A DNA stretch of 62,904 nucleotides, filler included, from Atractiella rhizophila (Eukaryota), in NCBI GenBank assembly GCA_021432655.1. It is 10 parts of 6 records of this genome, joined end to end, with 100 filler letters (N's around TTAATTAATTAA, not from the genome) between each part and the next. Parts side by side here need not be neighbours in the genome. Positions count along the whole stretch, not along the records: positions 1 to 17,563 come from MU271180.1; 9 more parts are not named here. The stretch is one strand, 5' to 3'. The notes beneath the pieces were generated by a model. That model saw only the letters and a list, made by a program, of their open reading frames with translations, was not told the origin of the DNA and did not search any database. The translations under genes and the position numbers were made by a program. Shown one piece after another: positions 1 through 11,143 of the stretch; positions within the stretch are counted from its first letter, which is position 1; the number at the start of each line of letters is the position of its first letter.

Positions 1-519
1 GTTTGGGGATGGTTGTTCGAGGCTTGTTTTCAGAACAACGGACAAGGTTTAACGTTTGGTTCGCTTCCTGGAATGTCACGTGCCGTACATTTCGAGACAG
101 TTCAAGCTCAGAACAAAGCCTCAAGGTTGCTTGGGATGTTGCGGAACATGCACGTAGCAGTTGTGGGTGAAATGATCTATTACATGCGATAGCATGTATT
201 AAGACATAAAACGAAATGCTGACGATTCCTTCGATGCTCTTGCTTGAGGAGCAGGAAAAGTCGATTTGACAGACAAACCATGGGCAAACGATTGAGACAG
301 ATCATGCATACAAACGAATCCCACCAAGAAACATAAAAAAAGGAGTCTATGACCATCGTTGACGATGACAGCGATCTCCTGATCCCGCTCGATTTTCCTT
401 TATTCGTTTCTCTTTTCTTTTCCTTTTCCATACATTCTCTCGTTGAAACGATTACGGGAACCGCATAACCTGCTGTTCATATCTGGATCATATCTGGATC
501 ACTTCGTTGACGAGTAAAA

Positions 520-3500
520 CGTTAGCATCCTTGACCTATAAAAGGGGAAATTAGAAGGGGAGGAAAGGATGACGCACCTAACCTAATACAACGACAGAGT
601 GTATTAGGAGAGAGAGAGAAGAAAAGTACAAAGAAAAAGAAAAAAGGAGAAATCGGCGCACCAATATATCTAGAAGAAAGACGCTCCGGGACGAGATGGA
701 TGAGTGTAAATGCAGAGCGCTAAACGTCACATAAGTCATGTTTGTAGAACCAAGGCGAACACTCACGGTTTGAGCAATTCGTCCCAAAGCCACATGGCGG
801 CGGGCTAAGCGCAAATCTATTAGATAACAAGGATTAATGGAGTCCAGCACGACGAACTGAGTAAAATGGCAATTGGGGCGGGTGCACATGTTCCCATTCC
901 GACAAGGCACCCTCTGGCCACTCTTTTTGTTACTGGCTGCAGCCGGGACGGATAGAATGTAAGATGGAGACGTTCGCGCTTAGACAGATGGACATACTTG
1001 CAAGCGACTCAGCAATCGCAGCTGGGCTCCTGTGAGCGAGGTTGCAATGCGTATCCACGCACATGTCCCCGACCATGCACACAGCATCGATGGAATTGAT
1101 CATGGCAACCTACTCAGAACTTATCAATAAAGCAGCAAATGAAAGACGAACTGAGCATACCAATTGCATACCACGAGCAGCAAAGGAAGGGTGACCATAT
1201 TGACAGCTTCAAGAACCGTAAGTCACATTGCCGTAGTGATACAGAATACTGACGCATTGTTCGAACATTCCGATCCTACATCACACAATTAGTCTCGGTT
1301 CCGCGTTGAAGTATGAGCGAGCCACAAACCCCATCGACATGGCGTCAACATGAGTGATGAGAACAAGCCATTCCGAGACACCGGCGGCGGTCCAGGGAGC
1401 GGAAAGAAGTCGTTCCGAGGTGGAGGCGGAGGATTCTTCTTCTTTGCCGCCTTTGCGGCTTTCGCATTGTGCTGTGAGGCTCGCGTCAGAGGTGATCTCG
1501 AAGGAAAGGTGACGAGCGAACCTCCTTCACATTCGCGAGTGCCTCCTCCTTCGCCTTTTCTTCCCTTTCTTTCTTCCTCGCCGCTTTCCTCTCCTTCTTC
1601 GTGAGCTTCTTCTCCTGAAAGGTGGGCAGGACCTGCTTGTTATTGGCAGTTGGCGGAACGGGAGTCTTCAGCTTGAAGGAAACTTTGTCTGGTGGCTTGC
1701 TCTCCGCCGATGGCACTTCATTTGTGGGTTCGGTCTTCACTACAAGGAGAACTGGTTGCTTCGACTCGTTAGCTTGGACAACAGTTTGAGACACAGGTGG
1801 AACGTCATGTTTAGGAGCTTCAGGAACCGAATCCTTCAGTTGCGAATCGACGTCGTTCATTTCCACGTCCGATGTTTCTCGGAGTTCGGATTCAGCCTGT
1901 TCAGTCTGTACAGGTGGGGTAGGGGTATGAACCGGCGTGAGTGGAGGCGAGGGTACATGTTCTGTCTCTTCAGGGGCAGGAACAACACTCTCCGTTGGCG
2001 GTGGAGTGACTGGTCGTGAACGTTTCGAAGTTGCGAATTCCGCCTGTAGCTCTTTGAGCCAACTCTCAGCCGCTGCCTGATTAAACTCTGCACCCCCACC
2101 AACGTCCACCTCCTTCCCTTTCCCTTTCCCCTCTCTCGCAGCGATTTGTTCCCTGAGCAGCCTGATCTTCTCCTTCAACTCTTCTTCCGACAGTCCCGAA
2201 CCTACTTTCTTCCTCTTCACCTCCTCTCGCAGCTCCTCGCTCGGCTTTCGCTTGGGGACAAAAGAGTGCGCGAGAGGCGAAAGGGTTCCGTTTGATGCAG
2301 TTGCAGTATTGGGAAGGGAAGGGGAAGTCGACCGCTTGGGCAGTCGGGTTGCGCGTTGCTTGAGCATGGAGCGGAGAGCTGACTCCTTGTTGGAGCCACC
2401 ACCGGCTGATTGCCCAATGATGATCTCGACGGAGGGAGACCGTCTTATTCGAGCTGGTCCATGCTCGCCAGTACCGTCATTGACCTCCTCCATCACGACA
2501 TCTCCGACTGATTTCTTAGTAGCTTCCACCTGACTGCCTTTCTCGTGCGATTGTGATTGTGCCTTCCGTCTCAGCAACAAAGATGCTTTCAACGCAGCCG
2601 CCACTTTCTCCCTCTCTGCGACCTCGTCCTCATCATGAGGAGGAGGGATCGTGGGTGTAATGGTTGGAACGGTCTGAGCTGCAGAAAGTGTGAAAGGATT
2701 CAGGCCATCGACAGAAGATCTCCGACGGTCGATCGAACCTCTAGGAGCGGACCAAGCATCCCTAGCTGTTCCAGTCGACGGTTTATCGATGTTTCCGTAG
2801 AAGGCGGGAGAACGAGGGTGGCGGAGTGTGGTGGGAGGGAAGACGATGGGGGGTTGAGAGGGAGGAGTGGCGAGGGTGCTGAACGCTTTGGTTGTGGAAG
2901 CTGGAGCGAGGGTTGGCGGCGGTCGTTGAGGGCTCGATGCAGCATGTTGCTTCGAGGTCGAGGCGATCGGCTCCCCATAGTGTAGGTTGGGTTGGAGCGG
3001 TTGTTCTTTGGGAGCGATAACTGGGCTCGACACTAACGGTTGAGGTTCTTCGTCCTGATTGAAACAGGTTAGCGTTAACACTCGAAATCTAAGAGGATCG
3101 GAAATGACAAAGGTAATAGACTGCGACGGGCACACGAAGATAGTCAGATAATCAGGTCGCTTCCTGAAGACTGCCAGTCTTACCGTCTCTGTTCTGTGGG
3201 TAGCAAGCACAAGCAGATCAACCCTCTCCTTTCTGCATGCTGCGGCCTCTTTGATCTCTACGGCAGTAGTGTTCAATTTACTGGCATGATATTTATGGCG
3301 GCTATTACTCACATGCTGCGAGCCTGCCTGTCGCCTGAAAAACTGCTGGGTGAAAGAATATATACGAATTAGAAGAAAAAGTGTCAGAGAGTGCGGAGGA
3401 CCGTGTAGGTCAAATCGTCCTGACTCAACACTACATTCCTCCTTTCCCTGTCTCATAGAGGAGCAGGCAGATCTCAGAGACACCTGCGATAGATCCCAGG

Positions 3501-4147
3501 GTCATTCAGCTCCCGATTTACAATGATAGATGCACATGGGATGAGACGTTGCAAACATCCTCAAAGGGTTGGAATGATTTAGAAAGACCATGTTCACTGA
3601 AGTGACACCGGCTGAATCAAGAAAAAGTGAAAAAACCATCCTTCGCTCCAAAATCAAAAAGCCAAAAGGTCCAAGAAGAAAAACGAACCTCATCTATCTC
3701 TCCTTCCTCCTCACCTTCCACAACCCACCCCTCCTCCTCCTCGCCCTCTTCCCTCTCCTCCATCTCCATCTCCACCTCCTCCTCACCTTCATCACCACCA
3801 GCCTGCCGAACGATCTCCCACCTCCCTTCCCTCGCACGTTCATCCACGACCCATTCCTCCAACGCCCCCAAGATCTCTCTCAGCTTTGCCTCGGCATGAT
3901 TCCACTTCCGTCCCCTGGCCACCAACAGCTTGATGTCGGGAGGGAGATCGGGTGGATCGGTTGGATGCGGGGGCGGAGGGGAGAGTCGAGGATGGAGAGG
4001 GAGGAGGGGAGGATGCGGAGGAGCAGGGCTGAGGCTGACATGCTTCTGCTTCCAACTTCCAAATGTCAGTGTCAATGATAAAATGTGAGTAGAATGGGTG
4101 ACAGTGTTTGTGCTGTGTGGGAAGAAGAAAGTGATCGAGGGAGTCAT
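520..4147 (-). CDS. Multi-exon protein: low-complexity/charged N-terminal region and C-terminal tandem Nab2-type CCCH zinc fingers (both ends approximate)
   Basis: Spliced translation gives C-x5-C-x4-C-x3-H fingers: PCRWGSECSNNACQYGHPS (~1340-1190), VCMVGDMCVDTHCNLAHRSPAA (~1085-1015), PCRNGNMCTRPNCHFT (~907-860) and the start of a fourth, PCGFGTNCSN (~800-770). The large exon 3056-1521 follows a CTAAC...CAG acceptor. The acidic exon ending at ~3688 (…EIDE|GTTCGT) is phase-compatible with it, but joining them is inference. Confidence 0.65.
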
Positions 4148-4268
4148 TCATGCACATTGGGCTGCAGCTCGCCCTTACAATCATTACGACCAACCTTCTT
4201 CCACTTCTTTCCACCAGAGAGCACCAAACAAGGATCACACTCACACAGTAAATCATAAAACAAGTGAC

Positions 4269-5366
4269 ATGGAAGTCGACCACCAGCCGCCCTCTCCTCG
4301 CCCGCTGCCCATCTCCGTCCCCTCGACGACGACAAACACCACCTCCTCCAGCGCCGCATCCAGCGCTCCGTCCAGTGCGCCAACCGGTCTCTCTCCTGGC
4401 GCTCTGTTGGCCCAGCGGATGAGACAGTCGAAGAGGAGGATGTTCAGGAGGGAGTCCGATGTCGAGGTCAGTGTCCTTCTTCTCCTTCCTTCGTCTCTTC
4501 CGTGCTATAAGAAAGGAGTTGTGGGAATGAGGAGTTGAGTTGTGGGATGGGAAGAGGAGAGGTTCCACAATTTATGGGCGAAGGGATCAGTGTTGTCAAC
4601 GCAATGTTTGTCCATGTTGCTGCCGTCGCTCTGGTTTCCCGTTCTCCTCGTACTGAATATTCAACATGGCGGCAACTAACTATATGTCTGTTGAACAGTT
4701 TGCATTTTACGAGCGTCGATCATCTACGTCTTCGTACCACAACGAAGACGACGAAGAATGGTCTGGAGACGAAGAAGGTAGCGGAGGTGGAGAATGGGCT
4801 GAATCCTCTTCCACAGTCATCTTTGTCCGTTTTCCTTCTATTTCCACTCACTTTCACACGCTAATGACGTCGCGATAACAGCTGAGGAAAGAAGACGGAT
4901 GGACCTTCTCACCCGTACGTCCTCCTTCTCCTCCATCATGTCATGTCATATCATGCTTCATGTGTCATGTTGCATTCATTCATGTCAACGAGATGCGCTG
5001 ACGGTTATGCTGTGTTTGAAGGACGCCTTCTTCCCCTCTTGGGTGCGCGACAGATACGAATGTTCGATCGCCTCCTCCCCACCGCGCCAAAGACGTCCGT
5101 CCTCCCTCCACGCCTTCAACAGCAGCGCGCCAGCGAGTTCCTCCCTCCTCCAAGCGCAACTCGGGACGCAGAACGCAGGAGGTGGAGAGGAGGAGGAAGA
5201 AGATGTGGGCGTGGGTGCGGATGCGGATTTGGAGGGGAGGGAAAGCTTCGGGTGGAGGAGGATGCGGATGAGCGAGGAGGAGATGGAGTTGGAAGAGATG
5301 GCGGGCGAGGTCGAGGTCGTGGATGTTTTCGTGGCTGAGGACGAGGTCGGTTGGTTCGTGCCTTGA
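4269..5366 (+). CDS. Hypothetical Ser/Glu-rich protein, about 4 exons
   Basis: ATG at 4269 (MEVDHQPPSPRPLP…), GTCAGT donor at ~4468, then coding-like exons ~4666-4825 and ~5022-5366 (…EDEVGWFVP*). No recognisable domain. Confidence 0.5.
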
Positions 5367-6521
5367 TCCTATCCATCCATCCATCTATCCCTTCGACTTC
5401 GGTTCTTCGATTCGTCGGTTTTAAATTTTCGTTGACCATCGACCTTAAGGGTTGAGCGTTGGGCTTTGAGAGAACATTTTCTTTGGGGAAGTACAGTACG
5501 CGGTTTATAGTGAGAGAAGATATAGATTGAAGAAAGTGTATTATATCAGAGATTGTCCTTAGTATCAATACAAACAAGTCTCCATTCCACCCATTCTGCG
5601 GCACCTATTCTCCTATCTGTTGCAGCATACGATTTCTAAGACATAATGTAGCAGCAAATCTCGAACGAGGTAAGCGATAGAGGCAAGGTAAGCTCACATC
5701 ATGCTGAAGACACGCGTCGCGACGAGCTGCCAGGACCAGACTGCGATGGTTTCCATTGCTCAAAACGCCACAGGAGAAAGAGAAAGGAAAAAGGAAAAAG
5801 GCCGAGCCAAACAAAACAACGTATATAACAGATGGAAGAGTGCTGGTCCGATCGTGCCCAAAGGAGGTCATGGCCCGGTTATGCGCGTTATGCATGATTT
5901 TCTCCTTCAGACTCGGATCGTTGCAACTTACGACAGAAAACGGTGTCTTGTTGTGAATAAGTACCTGGATTGGTCAACAAGACCTCTCTCTCAGCTCTTT
6001 CGCAGACCTCAGCACGGACCTTTCTGCTTTGACTCTGCTGAGGAGCAGAGTAGCTCACACACGCTCGTTCTCTGTCGACTCGACTCGATCGCTCTTTTGA
6101 AATTTGGCCTCATTCATTATTCTCTCCTTCCCACAGTCCTCCTCCAGCCTCTCCTTCCTCAGAGCTCCCTCTGGAGGATATTATATCAAGCAGCTGTTAG
6201 TCTTGGTCGCTCACCGGGTTCTTGACGGCGAAAACGAAAAGTGGCCGCTTTCTTTGAAGGTGTTTGCTCGAACGACCATCGCGCCAAACTGTTCGAGCTC
6301 CATCTATCCTCGCGCTCGCTTCAACCATTCTCCGCTGACGTCTCACCTCATCCTCATCCCCATATCTCTCCAGCCCACCCCCTTGTCCTCCTGTGCTTTG
6401 TCCAGCTAGGTGGTCTTGTGTGTGTTTTCCGTTCCGTGTCTATTAAGTTGGTGGAGGCTGATGATGTCGATGAACGGTAGCGATGGAATGAACTCGTCGT
6501 AGTCTGGATACGAAGGGACCA

Positions 6522-9500
6522 ATGGACTCTTCAGCGACCACAAACGCAAACACTTCGAGGGCAAAGCTGGGCGATCCCATCTCGTTCTCGAACCCTCACT
6601 CGCGTTCCATCGACCAAAGGTCCGAGACATCATCTACAAGCTTAGGGATGGGGATGGGGATGGATATGGACGATATACCGCTCACTCTGTCCGCCGTGGA
6701 GATGGATGGGAATGAGGGTTTTGCGGCGAACATGTCTGGAGGCGGGGGTGGTGGAGTGTTGGAGAGTCCCGGAGTTTTGACGAGGAGGAAAAGGAAGGAG
6801 ATGGAGGCGGAGGACGAGGTGAGTCTTCTTCGTTCTCTCAGCAGGAGCGGATATCTTTGGCGCGTCAGCAAGTCTTTGTTACAGTTACAGAAGTGCAGGA
6901 GAGGTGCTTGGCAACGCAAGATGTTGTTCCTTGTTCTGGCACGCAAAGTAACAAGGAGTCGCATTCGCTCCATCCGTCTCTCCTCTGCGGCCTTGATGCC
7001 TTACCATTCATGAAGTATCTCATTTCATGATGAGACACGTTAGTTTACATTTGTTGAGTTTTACACTCCTCGTCCGTCTCTCGGTCCTTGAAAGATACGC
7101 CCAGTCGTCAGGGTCGAGCAGACGCTCGAATTCACGGCAGAGAGGAATAGGGCGACGCGTGGGGTCTCGCTATAACATTTAAGTTTCAGGATTATTAGGT
7201 TTATTTCCCTCAACTCAACAAGCCCATCAAACGATCCTTGAATACTTGTGTCCCTGTCCATTTGCGCTTCTCTTCTCGGCTCGTTAGAGACTTAATTTCC
7301 GTAGCATTTTAAAGCTAATGTTGATTTCATTAACGGTGGAGAACTCTTGCGAACCCAATCCTACCGGACGGATCTTCTTCCTTGAACGTACCGGCCTGGG
7401 TTCACAAGTCCTTTTCTGTACTCATACCCACTATTCTTTTCGTGCAGGATGTTCTAGAGGATTACTGCATTCCAAGAACTGTAAACAAGACATTATCCCT
7501 ATTTTTGGATGTGGGCAAGGGGCAATAGTGGGCGAAAGACTAGTGCAGTGCAGGAAGAATAGATGTTCCAACCCTTAGCTCCTTTCTTGGCAGGACAATG
7601 TGTATGTTTATTCGTAGGGACGCGTCGTGCCTTGGATCCTGTCACGAATGGTGCATATTGTCATCCCGAGGGAGAGCATTTAGCCTTCGTGATGCAGATT
7701 CGTTCTTTTGCAAGTCTCCGTTGACTTTTATTCCTTTACCTCACTACTGTAGTCATGTAACGTAGAAGGAGTGATGGAACTATGTCATCGCTTTTCGCTC
7801 TTCTGCTAATCTTGGAGGCGGTGTTCTTCTGCGATTGTCTATTGTTATGAACTAGTACAAAGAGCCTTGTACAAGCGAACCTCCTCTCTTTCTTGCCATG
7901 CAGGCGCCGTCACATCGTCGGGAGCTCCCCTCCATAAACATGACGGATTCGGTGAATTCGGTTGCACTTCTTGCACTCTCCAGCATGCTTCACTGAAATA
8001 GAAAGCATTTCGAGAAGTTGTCACATGGCTTGAGTTCCTCGATAATGCGTCGATGCGTCGATGGGAACTTTTTGATCAAAGAACGAATCTACAATCTCCA
8101 GCCGATTTCAAACTTTTAGTATTTGGTCAGAGAGCTAACCATTCGTGACTCCAGGTTTACACCTCGACTTCCCTAGCACAAGGCACGCCAGACACGCGAC
8201 CTTTTGCGCCTTCTGTTCCGTCCAGCGCTTCTTCTCTTAACTACGCGACATCCGGTTCATCCAACTTCACCACCCCTCCCAACAATCTCACCGGCTCGCC
8301 CGATTCGAGCGTGACGAACTCGAGCAACAACAGTCGGTTCTGGAATCGCGGATCAGGAGCGAGCGCTTCGAGCGTCCTGTCCGCGCTTCGTCTTCGTGGG
8401 AACAAGGTAAAGATTTCGGACGAGATGAAGAGAGAAATATGTCTCTTTAAGGAGACACATCCTGAGAAGACGCACGACAACATCGCGCAACATTTTCAGG
8501 TTGAACGGAGCACGGTCTCGAAGATTCTGAAGAAGAAAGACTTCTGGATGCGCCAGCTTCCTCCTCCGCCTCCTCCTCCGTCGTCCCAAGGCAGCACTTC
8601 GGCTTCAGGCAGCCTTAATCGAAACGTCAATCCGAGGATAGACGACGATGAGGTTGGATTTCCCCTAAGGAAGAAGAATAAGGTTGCAAAAAAGTTACCA
8701 GCAGCCAAGTTCCCTCAATTGGAGAGAGATCTGGAGTCCTGGATCATCGAGAGGAGCTGGGGCGGTAACACAGTCACGGACGATGAGATAAAGGAGAAAG
8801 CACTAGATCTGGCGGTGAAATCGTCCATCCAAGCTTTCAAGGCGGGAGACATGTGGTTGGAGAACTTCAAGGAGCGATCCTCACTCTCACTCTCCTCCTC
8901 TGGCACCCGACAAAGCGTGCGGCGAACCTCGTCCATAGGATCTGGCTTCTCCTTCAGCACGAGTAGCCCAGATCAATCTGGTGGAGCCGGATCGCCAAGT
9001 TCGACCGGCTCTTCTTTCGCTTTTCAACCCGGTATGAAGAGCTCGCCTTCGATTTCGATGATGGAGGGGATCGAAGAGGAAGAGGATGATCAGTCGTTGT
9101 ATTCATCCTTCGGCGGTCTAAGCGGCAGCGGTTCCCGACCTCTAACCCCAGCGAGCACGAGTTTTAACGAAGTCTACCTCCAGCGACCTGGGACCCGCAG
9201 GCTGACCAGGCATGTGCGGTCCGGATCGTTACAGATTACGCGTTCGATGAGCGATCCAGCTCTCCTGGACTCTGAGCAAAGTCCACTTTCCACAGGATTT
9301 AGCCACAATCTTCAGGATGACCAACAACGAACGACCAACCAAATTACCCCCTCGACACAATGCTCCTCATCTTCATCTTCCATCAAGGAAGCAGAACATC
9401 GACGCCCTCTCGACGAGGGAACGTCAAACAGGTTGCGTCACGCAATGTCCCAGCCGTCCATGGGTGATTTCGGTTCTCCGGCTTCAGCCTTCAGGAACAC

Positions 9501-10158
9501 ACAACTCTTGTCATCTTCATATGGCTCTCGTCCAAAAGGATTCGTCCCTATGCAATCATTAGCTTCAGTTGGTGCACAAGCGATGAGGACGGACAGTCCT
9601 CTTTCTCTCGGACAAGCTTTACAACCAGCTATCGATCCAGCCTTGCTTAATGGAGCTCCTGCTCCTACTCCTCAGCGTCCTGTGGCCGCCATGCCCAGAC
9701 GAAAGACCGTCTCTGGAGTCACGACTCGTGCTTCTACAGCTGTCGCTCCTGCCCCTCATGCTGACATCGTGTATTCCCCTCCTCCTGGTCCTCCACCGTC
9801 CGCCCCCGTCCCTGACACCTTCTCCCCTTCACGCCCGCCTCAAGTACACCGCAATTCCGGCATCACTTTTGACCAATTCAACAAAGCCTTAGGTCGATTG
9901 AAACAGTATCTGGAGGAAACTCCAGGTTTCGCGTCGCCTAAGGATTGTATGATGGTAGCGGAGATGTACGGGAAATCGTCCGCATTCCACGCCGCGTTCA
10001 TTCGTAGGCAGGAAGAGCAAAGGATCGACCAAGAGAGACAGCGAAGAGAGTTACAAGAGCTCCAGGAGGAAGAAAGAGAACGATTGGCGAGGGAGTTCCT
10101 TTATGTTAGCCCTCCTCAGGTTGGAGAGTCGCAACAAAGGATCCCAACACTCGTCTAA
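6522..10158 (+). CDS. CENP-B-type DNA-binding protein (CENP-B_N HTH + Tc5-type HTH), no DDE domain; exons 6522-6818 and 8155-10158
   Basis: KISDEMKREICLFKETHPEKTHDNIAQHFQVERSTVSKILKKK and KFPQLERDLESWI…VTDDEIKEKAL…FKAGDMWLENFKER match the two CENP-B/pogo HTH motifs. Phase-0 GTGAGT donor at 6819 and CTAAC…CAG acceptor at 8154 are in frame with ORF 8311-10158. Confidence 0.85.
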
Positions 10159-11143
10159 GACTTAATATGTGATGTGGCGTCCAAAACAGACCTGTGAGCC
10201 TCTCGCCATTCTACTGTTCAAATTACTTACTCATACTCAGCATTACATTCAGCAACAAATTACGCGACACCCTATTCATTAATGGCCCCGCTTCAAACAA
10301 TTCGTTCTTTGTTGTTCATTTCGTCTCCTCGATAAACACAATAGTCAGTCCAACCTCACACTCATTCACTTATACATCATCAGTCTTGTGTCATAATAAC
10401 ATAACATCTATACGTTCACAAAAAAAAAGAACTCTCGTTGCTTCCTAAGATTTATTGTTTTCATTCTTTTTTTTTAATATTTGTTGAATTTACTACTATG
10501 CACGGCTTTGAACTTCACTCTGCTCTCCTCTTGTTTCTTTTTCTGCTCTCAGACAAAGCATCCAACTAACAAAAGCTTCCTTGTTCGTTGCCCTCATCTT
10601 CAACTCGTTTGAGGGATTCTGACGAACACTTGAGGCATCGTACACGCGCTCTAGTTTCCTCAGACAAAGTAGTTTAGCGAATTGTCTTTCAATATTCCAA
10701 ACAAGGACTTTATCCGTTTAAATTTTTGCCATTCTTAGGAGTACCTTGCGAAGTTCCTTGGCCGCGTAACTAGGTAAAATATCTGACATCTAAAGAATAA
10801 GGTGTCTTCGTATGTTTATCCGTCAGTTGGTTAATCGCCTGTTTCCAAGCTTTATTATGGGAGAGGTACATGAAAAGAGCGTCGCTGATAGGTAGGCTAG
10901 GCTGGGTTGACAGAAGGTGGCAGCACAATTGACAGCAGACATTGAGTAAGTTTCTAAGCCGGTATCACTTTCGTAGTCGCAAGTGACCTAGTTTTTGGTC
11001 GTTCATGGCCAGTTTGGAAAGTTTGGCGTGCACGCACTGATTTAGCGTTCTGCTTCCGAAAGTTTACTGCGGATGAACAAGGACTGTTGCAATAATGCAA
11101 ACTTTAGAACAACCAGCCCATTTACAGACCCACTCTTGACGGT

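Noticed and set aside
477..501. 11-bp tandem duplication TCATATCTGGA
   Set aside because: Simple slippage duplication with no functional evidence.
3060..3483. N-terminal ~140 aa of ORF 1486..3483
   Set aside because: Lies upstream of a clear CTAAC…CAG acceptor at 3057 and has non-protein-like composition; probably intronic read-through.
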